From an uncultured Nitrosopumilales archaeon (GTDB taxonomy: Archaea > Thermoproteota > Nitrososphaeria > Nitrososphaerales > UBA213), in contig CAYJSN010000008.1 of assembly GCA_964373125.1 (NCBI GenBank), positions 4,244-68,243 of the forward strand: a stretch of DNA of 64,000 bases, in the 5' to 3' direction. The translations under genes were made by a program, and so were the position numbers. The notes beneath the pieces are model-generated. The model had not been told where the DNA came from, did not search any database, and saw only the letters and a list, made by a program, of their open reading frames with translations. Positions 43,870 to 53,964 of the stretch are shown here, piece by piece. Numbering within the stretch: position 1 is the stretch's first letter; each line of letters opens with the position of its first letter.

Positions 43870-45327
43870 CTAGGGTATCCTGCTGTGGTCGCTAAGATGC
43901 TTGGTCAGCTCGGACGATTTCAGCCGGACCTGCTCCATGCTGTCCCTTTCTCTTACTGTCACAGTGTCGTCCTCGAGCGTCTGCCTGTCCACCGTCACCG
44001 CAAAGGGAACGCCGGATTCGTCAAGCCTCCTGTACCTGCGCCCGATCGAGCCCGACTCGTCGTATATTGCGTCCATATTCGTCTTCAGATCCTCGAAGAT
44101 CTGCGCTGCTTTTTCCGCCAAGCCGTCCTTCGTAACCAGCGGAAAGACGCCCACCTGTATCGGCGCAAGGTAGGGCCTGAGCTTCAGCAATAACCTTTCA
44201 TTCTGCTTGTCATCGACCAGCGAATGCTCGAGTATGCAGTAGAGGCTCCTGTCGATTCCCATCGAGAGCTCAAAGATGTGCGGTAGGACCTTGCCATCGA
44301 TGTCTAACACTTCCATATTCTCCTTGCTGACCTTCATGTGCCCGCCCAGGTCGTAGTCCGACCTGTAGTTGCAGGCGACTAGCTCAAGCCAGCCGATCGC
44401 GGTCTCGACCTCGAAATCAAACGCAGCAGTTGCGTAGAACGCCTTTTCGTCGTCGCCGAGCCTCCTGAACCTTGAGCGCCGCATGTCTATGCCGGTCTTC
44501 GCGTAGAACTCTGCAAGCAGTGCCAGATAGTATGCGATGAGCTTGTTCGGCATTATTCCCCTGCTGACGGCCTGCTCGCACGTAAATTCCTGCGTCGAAC
44601 TGCCGTCAAAGATCCTCAGTGCTATGTCCTTCACTTTGTCGAACTTCGGCAGGTCGTTCAGTCTGCGCGGGTTGCAGAAGACCTCGACCTCGGCCTGGTA
44701 GAACTCCCGCAGCCTGAGGAGGCTCTGCCGCGGGGCTATCTCGTTCCTGAAGCTCTTCCCCACCTGCGCCATGCCCAGCGGGAGCTTGCCGCGCATGACC
44801 TTGAATATCCTGGGAAAGTCAACGAAGATCGTCTGGCACGTCTCCGGCCTCAGGTAGGCCTCCTCCCCGCCGGGGCCGATCCCTACCCTGAACATCATGT
44901 TGAACTTGCTCACCTTTCCAAGCTCGCCCTTGCAGTTCGGACACTTCAGACCGTGGCTGGCGATGAGCGCGTCGATCTCGGGATCGCTCATCCTCTCGGG
45001 CACGTTCTCGCCTATCCTCTCCGCAACGAACCTGTCGGCCCGCAGGAACGAGCCGCACTTTGTGCACTTTACAACAGGATCGTTGAAGCTCTGCAGGTGC
45101 CCCGATGCCACGAAGACGCTCTTGCTCATTATCTGGGCGCCGTCGATCTCCAGCATGTTGTCCCTGCGGACGAGCTCACGCCTCCAGAGCTCGATGTACT
45201 TGTTCTTCAGGCTAACGCCGAGAGGGCCGTACTCCCAGAAGCCGGCCTGCGCGTCCGGGTAGATCTCGCAGCTCGGAAAGTAGAAGCCCCGCTCGAGGGC
45301 CAGCTTCATAACGTCGTCGTAATTCAT
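43870..45327 (-). CDS. glyS: Glycine--tRNA ligase (archaeal/eukaryal dimeric type)
   Basis: 485 aa from MNYDDVMKLALERGFYFPSCEIY...FWEYGPLG. Class II motifs. C-terminal anticodon-binding domain. Confidence 0.9.
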   Translation of the reverse strand: MNYDDVMKLALERGFYFPSCEIYPDAQAGFWEYGPLGVSLKNKYIELWRRELVRRDNMLEIDGAQIMSKSVFVASGHLQSFNDPVVKCTKCGSFLRADRFVAERIGENVPERMSDPEIDALIASHGLKCPNCKGELGKVSKFNMMFRVGIGPGGEEAYLRPETCQTIFVDFPRIFKVMRGKLPLGMAQVGKSFRNEIAPRQSLLRLREFYQAEVEVFCNPRRLNDLPKFDKVKDIALRIFDGSSTQEFTCEQAVSRGIMPNKLIAYYLALLAEFYAKTGIDMRRSRFRRLGDDEKAFYATAAFDFEVETAIGWLELVACNYRSDYDLGGHMKVSKENMEVLDIDGKVLPHIFELSMGIDRSLYCILEHSLVDDKQNERLLLKLRPYLAPIQVGVFPLVTKDGLAEKAAQIFEDLKTNMDAIYDESGSIGRRYRRLDESGVPFAVTVDRQTLEDDTVTVRERDSMEQVRLKSSELTKHLSDHSRIP

Positions 45328-45460
45328 GGTAGCCACCAATTGCTGTAGGGGTTCTTAAATTCATTTGGCAGGCGGGCGCGTTTGGCGCACCGGCTTCTTA
45401 ACAAATTGCAACAAATCCGTTACTTTGATAGTATTTGGATGGCAGCTGCGAAATTCAGAC

Positions 45461-45481
45461 AGGATTTTGACAAAAAATCCT
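45461..45481. promoter_or_regulatory. Inverted repeat abutting the TATA-like box of the HMGL-like gene
   Basis: aggatttt-gacaa-aaaatcct (8-bp arms), followed by ttaaacttatta. Start codon at 45528. Confidence 0.45.
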
Positions 45482-45527
45482 AATAGTTAAACTTATTAGT
45501 GTTACGATTAGAGAGCCACACATTACT

Positions 45528-46949
45528 TTGACAAGCCTGGATTTTGAGGAACGCAAGAAATTCCTCGAGTTTGTGAAGAAGGAAGCAATCGACCTGCCCG
45601 ATTACGAGGTTGTTGACGTCAAGGAGCCCAAGCTCTACAAGAACATCTTCCCCTTCAAGAGCGCGCCCAGGGCTGTATTCGATGGCGTGGTCATCAACAC
45701 AAACATCCCCGAAAAGCTCTGGATCTCCGACACGACCTTCAGGGACGGGCAGCAGTCAAGGGAGCCCTACTCGGTGGAGCAGATAACCAGCATCTTCAAG
45801 CTCCTGCACGATCTGGGCGGAAAGCAGGGCAAGATAAGCTACACCGAGTTCTTCCCATATACAGAGAAAGACAGGGAGGCGATCAGAAAGTGCGCCGAGT
45901 TTGGCTACGAGTTTCCGCGCGTGACGGGCTGGATAAGGGCCACAAAGTCCGACCTGCAGCACGTGAAGGAACTGAAGCTCAAGGAGACGGGGCTGCTCAC
46001 GTCGGTCAGCGACTACCACATATTTTACAAGTTCCCCGGGAAGAGCAGGTCGCAGGTCATCCAGATGTACCTGGACGTTACGGAGGAGGCGCTGAAGAGC
46101 GATATAACGGTGAGGCTTCACATCGAGGACGTCACCAGGGCCGATATCTTTGGCGTGGTCGTGCCGCTGGTGAAGAAGGCGATGAAGCTAGCAGAGAAGT
46201 ACAGTCTACCTGTTAAGATCAGGTGCCCAGATACACTTGGGGTGGGCCTGCCGTTCCCCGAGGCCGCCCTGCCGCGCGGTATACCAAAGCTGTTCTGGCT
46301 CCTGAACAAGGCCCTCGGCGTGCCATCGGAGTGGCTCGAGTTCCACGGGCAGAACGACTTCCACCTCGGAGTCTCAAATGCTACCGCGGCGTGGCTCTAC
46401 GGCGCGGCGCTCAACAACTGCACGCTGCTAGGCATAGGCGAGCGGGCCGGGAACATCCCGCTGGAGGCGATGATCTTCGTTTACGCGATGATCAAGGGGA
46501 CGTTCGATGGCATGAACACCAAGGTGGTAAAGTACATCACCAAGTATTACGAGAAGGAGCTCAACTACAAGCTGCCGGAATATTATCCGATAATAGGCGG
46601 GAACTTCAATGTGACCAGGGCTGGCATCCATGCAGATGGACTGCTGAAGAACATCGAGATGTACCTGCCCTTCGACACAGAAGAGTTGCTGGACTCGCCG
46701 CCGAGGGTCATGGTCTCGGAGCACTCCGGGCTGGCGGGTATTGCTTTTTGGATAAACAGCTTCTTCAGGCTGAAGGACACGGAGAAGGTCGGCAAGGACG
46801 AGCCGGCGCTGAAGAAGATCCAGGACGAGGTCATCAAGCAGTACCAGGAGGGCAGGGTTACGGCGATGACCGACGAGGAGGTGCTAACATTGGTGAAGCG
46901 CTACGTGCCCAAGCTCTGGGAGAAGTACAAGGACCGGACGTCGGCCTGA
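45528..46949 (+). CDS. DRE-TIM (HMGL-like) metallolyase, isopropylmalate/homocitrate/Re-citrate-synthase-like
   Basis: 473 aa, TTG start. ISDTTFRDGQQS, EFHGQNDFHLGVSNATAAWLYGA, GIGERAGN. Confidence 0.8.
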   Translation: MTSLDFEERKKFLEFVKKEAIDLPDYEVVDVKEPKLYKNIFPFKSAPRAVFDGVVINTNIPEKLWISDTTFRDGQQSREPYSVEQITSIFKLLHDLGGKQGKISYTEFFPYTEKDREAIRKCAEFGYEFPRVTGWIRATKSDLQHVKELKLKETGLLTSVSDYHIFYKFPGKSRSQVIQMYLDVTEEALKSDITVRLHIEDVTRADIFGVVVPLVKKAMKLAEKYSLPVKIRCPDTLGVGLPFPEAALPRGIPKLFWLLNKALGVPSEWLEFHGQNDFHLGVSNATAAWLYGAALNNCTLLGIGERAGNIPLEAMIFVYAMIKGTFDGMNTKVVKYITKYYEKELNYKLPEYYPIIGGNFNVTRAGIHADGLLKNIEMYLPFDTEELLDSPPRVMVSEHSGLAGIAFWINSFFRLKDTEKVGKDEPALKKIQDEVIKQYQEGRVTAMTDEEVLTLVKRYVPKLWEKYKDRTSA

Positions 46950-46957
46950 CCTGCTAG

Positions 46958-47809
46958 TTATTTAACGCCTGCGAGTTCCTTCACCTTAGCCATATTTCCA
47001 ACATCATCACGCCGCTCGTCTATCGGCGTCTCCATTATCAGCGGGAGCTGCCTGAACTCCTTCTGCGCCAATATAGCCTTGAAGCCCTTCTCGCCGATGT
47101 AGCCCATCCCTATGTGCTCGTGCCTGTCGCGGTTGCAGCCGAGGTCGCCCTTCGAATCGTTGAGGTGCGCCAGGCGGAGGTTCTTCATGCCGACATATTT
47201 GTCGAACTCGGCGATGGCGTTCTGCACTTTGTCAGCGCTCCTCAGGTCGTAGCCCGCCGCAAAGGCGTGGCAGGTATCGAAGCAGACGCCGAACCTCTTC
47301 CTGTCGTCCAGCAGGTCCATTATCTGCCGCAGCTCCTCGAACTTGGAGCCGATGCTGTTCTTCTGCCCCGCCATATTCTCGAGGAGTATGACCACATCGC
47401 TCTTCACCTTCCCGGCCGCGGCGTTGCAGGCACCTGCGAGGTTCTTTATGCCCGACTCGGTCCCACTACCCAGATGGCTGCCAAGATGTGTGACTAGGTA
47501 GGGTATGCCCAGAAGCGCGCACCGCCTGACCTCGTTCACAAACATGTCGAGCGATTTCCCGTAGATGTCCTTCTTGGGCGAGGCGAGGTTCGGAAGGTAG
47601 GGCATGTGTGCGCAGGTGGCCCCGCGCTTTATCTTGCTATCAGCAAGCTTGGCCTTGAAGAGATCCGCCTCCTCCTTCTGGAGCGGTTTTGAGGCCCAGC
47701 CCCTCGGGTTTCTGGTGAAGATCTGGAAGGCTGTACAGTTCAGAGCGGTGGCGTTGTCGACCGCCCTGTCGATCGAGCCCGAGATCGATACATGGAACCC
47801 TATCCGCAC
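46958..47809 (-). CDS. nfo: Endonuclease IV
   Basis: 283 aa. MRIGFHVS, FQIFTRNPRGW, VTHLGSH, LENMAG, CFDTCHAFAAGYD, HLNDS. Confidence 0.9.
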   Translation of the reverse strand: MRIGFHVSISGSIDRAVDNATALNCTAFQIFTRNPRGWASKPLQKEEADLFKAKLADSKIKRGATCAHMPYLPNLASPKKDIYGKSLDMFVNEVRRCALLGIPYLVTHLGSHLGSGTESGIKNLAGACNAAAGKVKSDVVILLENMAGQKNSIGSKFEELRQIMDLLDDRKRFGVCFDTCHAFAAGYDLRSADKVQNAIAEFDKYVGMKNLRLAHLNDSKGDLGCNRDRHEHIGMGYIGEKGFKAILAQKEFRQLPLIMETPIDERRDDVGNMAKVKELAGVK

Positions 47810-47895
47810 GTCCTACTCTCTGCGGGGCACGGATTTAATCTTAGCCGGGCAGTTCAAGCAAACTTTTATTGTGAGGTATTCGTTCTCTAACCCAT

Positions 47896-48948
47896 TTGAG
47901 CACGGTTCAATTCGGCAAGGGCGACCTTGCAAAGTATCCCTTCCTGAGCGAGGCGGGGACGTACCTGAGGCAGCTCGATTACAGCCTGGACGAGTTTGAC
48001 GACTCCTCCAAGAAGCGCATAATCGAGAGGGCTATGGAACGCGTAGTAACCCCGCTCGATGGTCATGTATTCGAGCGGCTGGAAGACCCAGACACCGAGG
48101 TAGTATCCTTTCTGATAGCATTGATAATCGTGCGCGCTCTGGGCATGAGGAACGTGAGCAGGAAGTACGCCCTGGGCGAGGCCAGGAGGACCGAGATGTT
48201 CCTGGAGAAAGATCTGCGGCGGGAGAGCAACGAGCAGGTAAGGAATGCTATCCTGAAGCGGATCTTCGGGGACCTCTTCGGGCTGGAGGTCGTGCAGGAG
48301 GACGGCAAGTTCAGGGTCAAGGTCTCCGATTACCTGAAGCGCGCCTCGTACTTTCACGACGGCCACTGGAAGCTTGTCAACAGGATCGTGAAGAAGGGAC
48401 ATGTCTACCTGGAGCCGCACGAAACAGTGCGGCTCATCCGGGATGAATTGAGCCTCTTCATCTACGAGCGGATAAACAGGATGGAGGTCAGGCAGCTCCC
48501 GGAGCAGATCAAGCAGCAGGTGGCCGAGCTCAGGGGCAAGGCCGCCAAGAAATGGGAATTCAGGCGGTACGAAGTGAGCAAGTACCCGCCCTGCATCGAA
48601 CATATATTACAATCATTATCGAAGGGAGAGAACCCGCCGCACACAGCCAGGTTCCTTCTTGCAACCTACATGCTCTCTATAGGCAGGAGCACCGACGAGG
48701 TCTGCGCGCTCTTCGAGTCGGCGCCGGACTACAACGAGCGGATCACCAGGTACCAGGTGGAACACCTCGCGGGCGTCAGGGGCGGCAGGACCAGGTACAG
48801 GTGTCCGTCCTGCGAGAAGGCCGCGAGCGAGAACCTCTGCTACAGGACTAACGAGTGCAGCGGGATAATCACTCCGATCCAGTTCGGCAGGAAGAGGGTG
48901 GATGAGCGTGATCTGAAAGATGAAGCAGGAAAGCCTGAACCTTCTTAA
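47896..48948 (+). CDS. priL: DNA primase large subunit
   Basis: 350 aa, TTG start. YPPCIEHIL...PHTARFLLATYMLSIG...YNERITRYQVEHLAG...YRCPSCEK (FeS domain). Confidence 0.85.
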   Translation: MSTVQFGKGDLAKYPFLSEAGTYLRQLDYSLDEFDDSSKKRIIERAMERVVTPLDGHVFERLEDPDTEVVSFLIALIIVRALGMRNVSRKYALGEARRTEMFLEKDLRRESNEQVRNAILKRIFGDLFGLEVVQEDGKFRVKVSDYLKRASYFHDGHWKLVNRIVKKGHVYLEPHETVRLIRDELSLFIYERINRMEVRQLPEQIKQQVAELRGKAAKKWEFRRYEVSKYPPCIEHILQSLSKGENPPHTARFLLATYMLSIGRSTDEVCALFESAPDYNERITRYQVEHLAGVRGGRTRYRCPSCEKAASENLCYRTNECSGIITPIQFGRKRVDERDLKDEAGKPEPS

Positions 48949-50056
48949 GCAAACCTTCCGGGAGTTCTACTTCAAGAGCGACGGGTACATCGAGTTCCCG
49001 GCCAGGATGGAGGAGCGGGAGTTCGGTTACATGCAGTTCGGCAGCGGCATGGTACGACATCTAGCGTTCAAAAACAAGAACGAGCTGCTGGCACTCCTGC
49101 TGAAGGAAGTCCCGTCGGATGTTTACTGCTCCTCCGCATACTATGCAAGTCCCGCAACCTCGCCAATGGAGGAGAAGGGCTTCAGGGGATCGGACCTGAT
49201 ATTCGATATCGATGTGAAGGAGCTCGAACTGAAGTGCGTCAACGATCACTCGGTCTGGCTCTGCAGGGATTGCGGCAACGCCATGCTCGAAAGACAGAAC
49301 TGCGGCAGGTGCGGCAGCATGAAGCTGGAACATGTATCCCTCCCGTGCGGGAACTGCGTCGATTCAGGGAAGAAGGAGGTGAAGAAGCTGCTGGACGTCC
49401 TGAGCGAGGACCTGGGCATCGCCGAGAAGGAATACAGGACGTACTTCTCCGGGAACAACGGTTTTCACATACATGTTTACAGCAAGGAGTTCGAGCCCCT
49501 GGACTCGCCCGCGAGGGGAGAGATCGCCAACTACGTCATGGGCAACAACCTGGCGCCGGAGGCCTTCGGCATAAGGAGCGGCAAGAACTCGCTGACCAGC
49601 GTGATGAAGAAGTTTCCGGGGGTGGACGCCCCGGGCTGGAGGGGCAGGGTTGCGAGGAGGCTGATTGACAACAACGAGGCCAAGCTCAAGACCGTCAGGA
49701 CGATACTCAGGGGAGGATACACCAAGTTCAGGGATGAACTGGTTAGTGTTGCAGGGGAGCTCGGCGCCCAAGGGCTGGATCCGAAGGTCACGAGCGACAT
49801 ACACAGGATCTTCAGACTGCAGGGAACGCTCAACAGCAAGAGCGGGCTATCAAAGGCACCGTGCAACGACCTGGAAAACTTTGATCCGTTCACCAGTGCC
49901 TGCCTGTTGAGGGAGGAGGAGCGCACAGTGCATGTGGCATATTCACCGAGGTTCCGGCTCAGGGAGAACTCCTTCGGGCCGTATAAGGACGAGAGCGTTA
50001 AACTGCCAGCATACGCTGCTGTTTACCTCATCTGCAAGGGTTTAGCTGAGGCCTGA
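48920..50056 (+). CDS. priS: DNA primase small (catalytic) subunit
   Basis: 378 aa. SDLIFDIDVKE catalytic Asp pair, FSGNNGFHIHV, Cys-rich Zn module, RIFRLQGTLNSKSG. Confidence 0.85.
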   Translation: MKQESLNLLKQTFREFYFKSDGYIEFPARMEEREFGYMQFGSGMVRHLAFKNKNELLALLLKEVPSDVYCSSAYYASPATSPMEEKGFRGSDLIFDIDVKELELKCVNDHSVWLCRDCGNAMLERQNCGRCGSMKLEHVSLPCGNCVDSGKKEVKKLLDVLSEDLGIAEKEYRTYFSGNNGFHIHVYSKEFEPLDSPARGEIANYVMGNNLAPEAFGIRSGKNSLTSVMKKFPGVDAPGWRGRVARRLIDNNEAKLKTVRTILRGGYTKFRDELVSVAGELGAQGLDPKVTSDIHRIFRLQGTLNSKSGLSKAPCNDLENFDPFTSACLLREEERTVHVAYSPRFRLRENSFGPYKDESVKLPAYAAVYLICKGLAEA

Positions 50057-50131
50057 CGGCCATTTTTCTGCGATTTGCGGCAGAAAGCTCCCTAAAATTT
50101 TAATTGAGCATCAATCCAGATAGTACCAGAT

Positions 50132-52969
50132 TTGTGGGACAGCGCTCAATCCAAGCCGAGGCAGGACATAGGCAACTACATAAGGATCGGACTCTTCGCG
50201 CTCATAGCCCTGGTAATTTTTGGCATAGTGAGCAGCCAGTCGGTCGTGATCCTGCTCAACGTTACCGAGTTTCAGGACCTGTTCGTCAAGCCGCTCTACT
50301 ACGCGATACTCTCCGGGCTAATCCTTGCATCGATAGCCCTGATCAGGGTGGACGTACGGCACCGGGAATCCATGGTCTGGTGGATCATCTCCGCCGGCAT
50401 CTCTTTTTTGAGAAGGGAGGCGCCTGAACAAGGCAAGGCTTCTTTCAGGTACCGCGATTTCAAGTTGGGCAGGGGACATTTTGCGCTGTGGCAGGTCACA
50501 AAGGTTCTGCTCCTTGCCCCGATCTTCAGCAACCTGATGTTCGGAATGGCAACCCAGTACGTGCTGGACGGCAAAGAGCTAGGACTTTCATCGCTCTCCC
50601 AGATATTCTACCTGCCGTTCATAACGTCGCCAAACCCTGCCATCGCCGAAGAGCTGGTGCTGCCGATGATCCCGTCGCTCACGCTGCTGATACCCCCGGT
50701 ACTCGGCGCGATCGGGATCAGGCTCGTGCTCTACGTCGGCGTGCGCAACATAGCCCACATAATCTCCGGCTACCTTTCCGATGCGGCGGAGGGCAGGCCA
50801 AGGTTCCTCTTCTACATAGCCGTGCTTGAGATGATAGTAGGCACAGGTCTCTTCTGGTCGTCCTTCAACATGTTCTTCCAGTCGAACATAGACTACAACA
50901 CCAAGTATGCAATAGCCGGCACCGCGCTCCTAGGTGCTGCATTTGTGGCATGGTCGCTGATAGACAGGAGGAAGTCCAAGGTGATACTCATGTTCCCGTC
51001 AAGGAAGAACATCTACCTGCGCCTCCTCACCATAATCTCTATAGCCGTTGTGGTGGGCTCGATAATGGCCGTGAACAACAGCATAGCCGATGCGAGGAAG
51101 ATCGAGTGGCTGGGGCCGTACACTGCCCAGCAGATCGTGGTCAACAGGTACTTTGCGGACCTCGACCAGGTCAAGGAGGTGAACTACGACATCGAGCTCT
51201 TCGCGACCCCGCCAAGCAGCACCAAGGAACCCACGGAAGAAAGTAAGGAGATACTCTCAAAGGTGCGGCTCTGGGACTGGAGCGCGGCCTTTGCCAAGCT
51301 GAAGCCCGAGATCGGGCTCATACCGTATGTTGACTTTTACGACTCGGACATAATCCGGTTCAACGGCACGCTGTACTGGAGCGCCGCGATGCAGCCGATA
51401 CTTCCGTCCAGCGTAACCGCCGAGAACCAGTGGTACTCTGAGCACCTGGTCTACACCCACGTGCCGAACGGGTTCCTGATGCTCGACGCCCACGACGGCG
51501 ACATAGTGAACAGCAATAACTTCTTCGATCAGAGAAGGATATACTACGGGGAGGGCGGGCTGCTCAGCGAGGTCTGGTCCGCCTACCCGGCCGACAGGCA
51601 GACGAGCGACGAGCTTGACGGATACTTTTACAACGGCGATGGCGGGATAACGGTTCCCCCGCCCCTGAGCTGGATGTTCGAGCCCAACTTCCTGCTCTCT
51701 TACCCGGATGAGGCCATACACATAATGCGCTACAAGGACGTGCACGACAGGATGCAGCTGCTATATCCATACTTTGAGTATGACTTTGGGAACAGACGCG
51801 TGGACGTGCTTCCCGTCACCGACGGCCCCAACACATACTGGCTGATGCCGCTCATTGTGCGGCTGGATACCGACCGTGTGCCGTGGAGCGCCGACAACCC
51901 GATGTACAGGCTGGTTGGCTACATACTGATCGACACCTACGACGGAAGCCACCAGATACTGGTAAAAGGCGAGGACTTCTTCACGGAGATTTTCGTTGAT
52001 CAGTACCAAGAGCACGTCACGCGGGAGATCCCGTCCTGGCTTCACAACCAGCTGAGGTACCCCGAGGAGCTGTTCTGGTGGAAGGTAAACATGTACAACT
52101 TCTACCACGTGACCGACACATCAACATTCATAGTCGCAAAGGAGTTCTACGAGATACCCTCCGGGCTGACCCCCTACTACATATTCGCCAAGCCGCAGGG
52201 CTTCGAAAAGATCGAGTACATCTCGCTCCTCTCCCTCGAGCTGAGGGGAGCTGCGGGGAGGAACCTTGCCGGCTACATGGTGGTGCGGAATGACTATCCC
52301 TACGATGGCGATCTGGTATTCTACGAGGTTTCGCTCGAGTCGGAGGTGAAGCTGCTAGGACCCAGCGCCGTCAGGGAGGCGCTCGACAGGGACCCGGATT
52401 TTGCTCAGCTGAAGACCCTGCTGAGGAACCCGAGAATCGGCGATAACATACTCTACAGGATAGGCGACCGCGATGTCTACTTCATACCCGTATACACGGC
52501 CGGGGCCGGTGGCGTGGTAACCCAGCTGGGCACCATCGCGGCCGTGGGCGCGACCTTCACGGGCGAGTATTACGTTGGTCTGGGCGATACCGCTGAGAAG
52601 GCCTTCAACGCCTACCTTGCTAAGCGTATCGGCATTAAGGCGCCTCCGGGCCTGCCGACGCTGCTTGACCGTGATGCAAAGGTACGCAGTCTCATGCAGC
52701 TGTTAGAGGAGAGAGGGGTCGATGTTGCGAGGCCTGCGTCGATATCGGTCCCGCTGACATTCTTGGAGGGAGAGCTGGAGTACGGCGACGAATCTGATTT
52801 CGAGGATGTGAAGCTCGGGATCGACGAGTTTATCAACACCTGGGTGAAGGAGGGCGGGGCCAAAAGGATTCTGGCCTGGGAGGAAGAGGAGGCGATCAAC
52901 TTCGGCGTTGCGACTGTTGTAGACGGCATAACCGAACTGCACTACGTGGCGGTCAAGGTAGGCAGATAG
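50132..52969 (+). CDS. UPF0182-family large membrane protein
   Basis: 945 aa, TTG start. About 7 N-terminal TM segments plus a large soluble part with LRYPEELFWWKVNMYNFYHV, RNLAGYMVVRNDYPYDG, GDNILYRIGDRDVYFIPVYT blocks typical of UPF0182 as I recall it. Confidence 0.75.
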   Translation: MWDSAQSKPRQDIGNYIRIGLFALIALVIFGIVSSQSVVILLNVTEFQDLFVKPLYYAILSGLILASIALIRVDVRHRESMVWWIISAGISFLRREAPEQGKASFRYRDFKLGRGHFALWQVTKVLLLAPIFSNLMFGMATQYVLDGKELGLSSLSQIFYLPFITSPNPAIAEELVLPMIPSLTLLIPPVLGAIGIRLVLYVGVRNIAHIISGYLSDAAEGRPRFLFYIAVLEMIVGTGLFWSSFNMFFQSNIDYNTKYAIAGTALLGAAFVAWSLIDRRKSKVILMFPSRKNIYLRLLTIISIAVVVGSIMAVNNSIADARKIEWLGPYTAQQIVVNRYFADLDQVKEVNYDIELFATPPSSTKEPTEESKEILSKVRLWDWSAAFAKLKPEIGLIPYVDFYDSDIIRFNGTLYWSAAMQPILPSSVTAENQWYSEHLVYTHVPNGFLMLDAHDGDIVNSNNFFDQRRIYYGEGGLLSEVWSAYPADRQTSDELDGYFYNGDGGITVPPPLSWMFEPNFLLSYPDEAIHIMRYKDVHDRMQLLYPYFEYDFGNRRVDVLPVTDGPNTYWLMPLIVRLDTDRVPWSADNPMYRLVGYILIDTYDGSHQILVKGEDFFTEIFVDQYQEHVTREIPSWLHNQLRYPEELFWWKVNMYNFYHVTDTSTFIVAKEFYEIPSGLTPYYIFAKPQGFEKIEYISLLSLELRGAAGRNLAGYMVVRNDYPYDGDLVFYEVSLESEVKLLGPSAVREALDRDPDFAQLKTLLRNPRIGDNILYRIGDRDVYFIPVYTAGAGGVVTQLGTIAAVGATFTGEYYVGLGDTAEKAFNAYLAKRIGIKAPPGLPTLLDRDAKVRSLMQLLEERGVDVARPASISVPLTFLEGELEYGDESDFEDVKLGIDEFINTWVKEGGAKRILAWEEEEAINFGVATVVDGITELHYVAVKVGR

Positions 52970-53533
52970 ATGCTTCTGGTTGTCGACAACCTTTCCTCGT
53001 ACCTAGACGATCTTGTCCGCTCACTGGCGGAAACCGGTGCGAGCTGCGAGGTGAAGCGATACGACGCCCTCGGCGGATCCAACCTGAACAACTATGACGG
53101 CATAATAATTTCCGGCAGGATGAAGAACGACGGGTCTGTGAATGTACCGAACATGCGCGTCGTGAAATTCGCACACGAAAACAGCAAACCGCTGCTGGGC
53201 ATCTGCTACGGTGCGGAGATCACCGCGCTTGCGTTAGGCGGTTCCCTCCGCAGGCTGGAGGAAAGAGTGACCGGCGAGCGGGCGGTGGCCATCAGGAGAA
53301 GCAACCCCCTGACCAGCAAGAAGACGGTACGCGTATTCGAGAGCCACGGCTACTACATTGCCCGCCTGCCGCAGGAGTTTTCTGCGCTGGGCGACTCTGA
53401 GAGCTGCAGGTACGAGTTCGTAGGCCTTAACAAAAAACCGATCTTCGGCACGCAATTTCATCCGGAGGTCAGGGTCGGTGGCGGCGACGGGCTGGAGATC
53501 ATCGGCAACTTCGTCAGACTGACCAGACGCTAA
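52970..53533 (+). CDS. Stand-alone class I glutamine amidotransferase
   Basis: 187 aa. ATG directly follows the UPF0182 stop (TAGATG). PLLGICYGAE nucleophile elbow, GTQFHPEV His-Glu. Confidence 0.8.
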   Translation: MLLVVDNLSSYLDDLVRSLAETGASCEVKRYDALGGSNLNNYDGIIISGRMKNDGSVNVPNMRVVKFAHENSKPLLGICYGAEITALALGGSLRRLEERVTGERAVAIRRSNPLTSKKTVRVFESHGYYIARLPQEFSALGDSESCRYEFVGLNKKPIFGTQFHPEVRVGGGDGLEIIGNFVRLTRR

Positions 53534-53708
53534 TTGGCATGGATTTGTTGCGCTGACATGCACTGCCAGCTGCCGCGGGATGAGGCGTAATATTGCGAGG
53601 TCATCCTGCCGGTTCAGCTCTAGAATTATCATGAGATACAACATTGAGATGAATACAGTAATTTCCATGAGATGTGCATCGAACCAGATATTCGGCACAG
53701 ATAGATTT

Positions 53709-53897
53709 ATGAATAGCAACCCGGCTAATTCGACCGTCTTGGGCGAACTTGAAGATAAGGTTGCAACGATGGAGGAAGAGCTCCGGAATCTGAAGCGCGA
53801 GCTTGATGTTGTCAAGAATGCCCTCAGGAACGAAATAGTACGGTTCGAGATAACCGAGGTAAAGAAGGGCAGAGACGTCCGGTCAATCGTTGACTAG
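53709..53897 (+). CDS. Possible 62-aa coiled-coil protein
   Basis: ATG-initiated part of ORF 53580-53897: LGELEDKVATMEEELRNLKRELDVVKNALRNE. Weak support only. Confidence 0.3.
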   Translation: MNSNPANSTVLGELEDKVATMEEELRNLKRELDVVKNALRNEIVRFEITEVKKGRDVRSIVD

Positions 53898-53964
53898 CAA
53901 CTTTCTTTCTACTCTCCAGAAACAGCGTATACAAATCTGCTAAAGCGTTTTGGCGATTAATCGG

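Noticed and set aside
47887-48603. 238-aa minus-strand ORF
   Set aside because: Antisense to priL. Pro/Leu/His-rich with no motifs.
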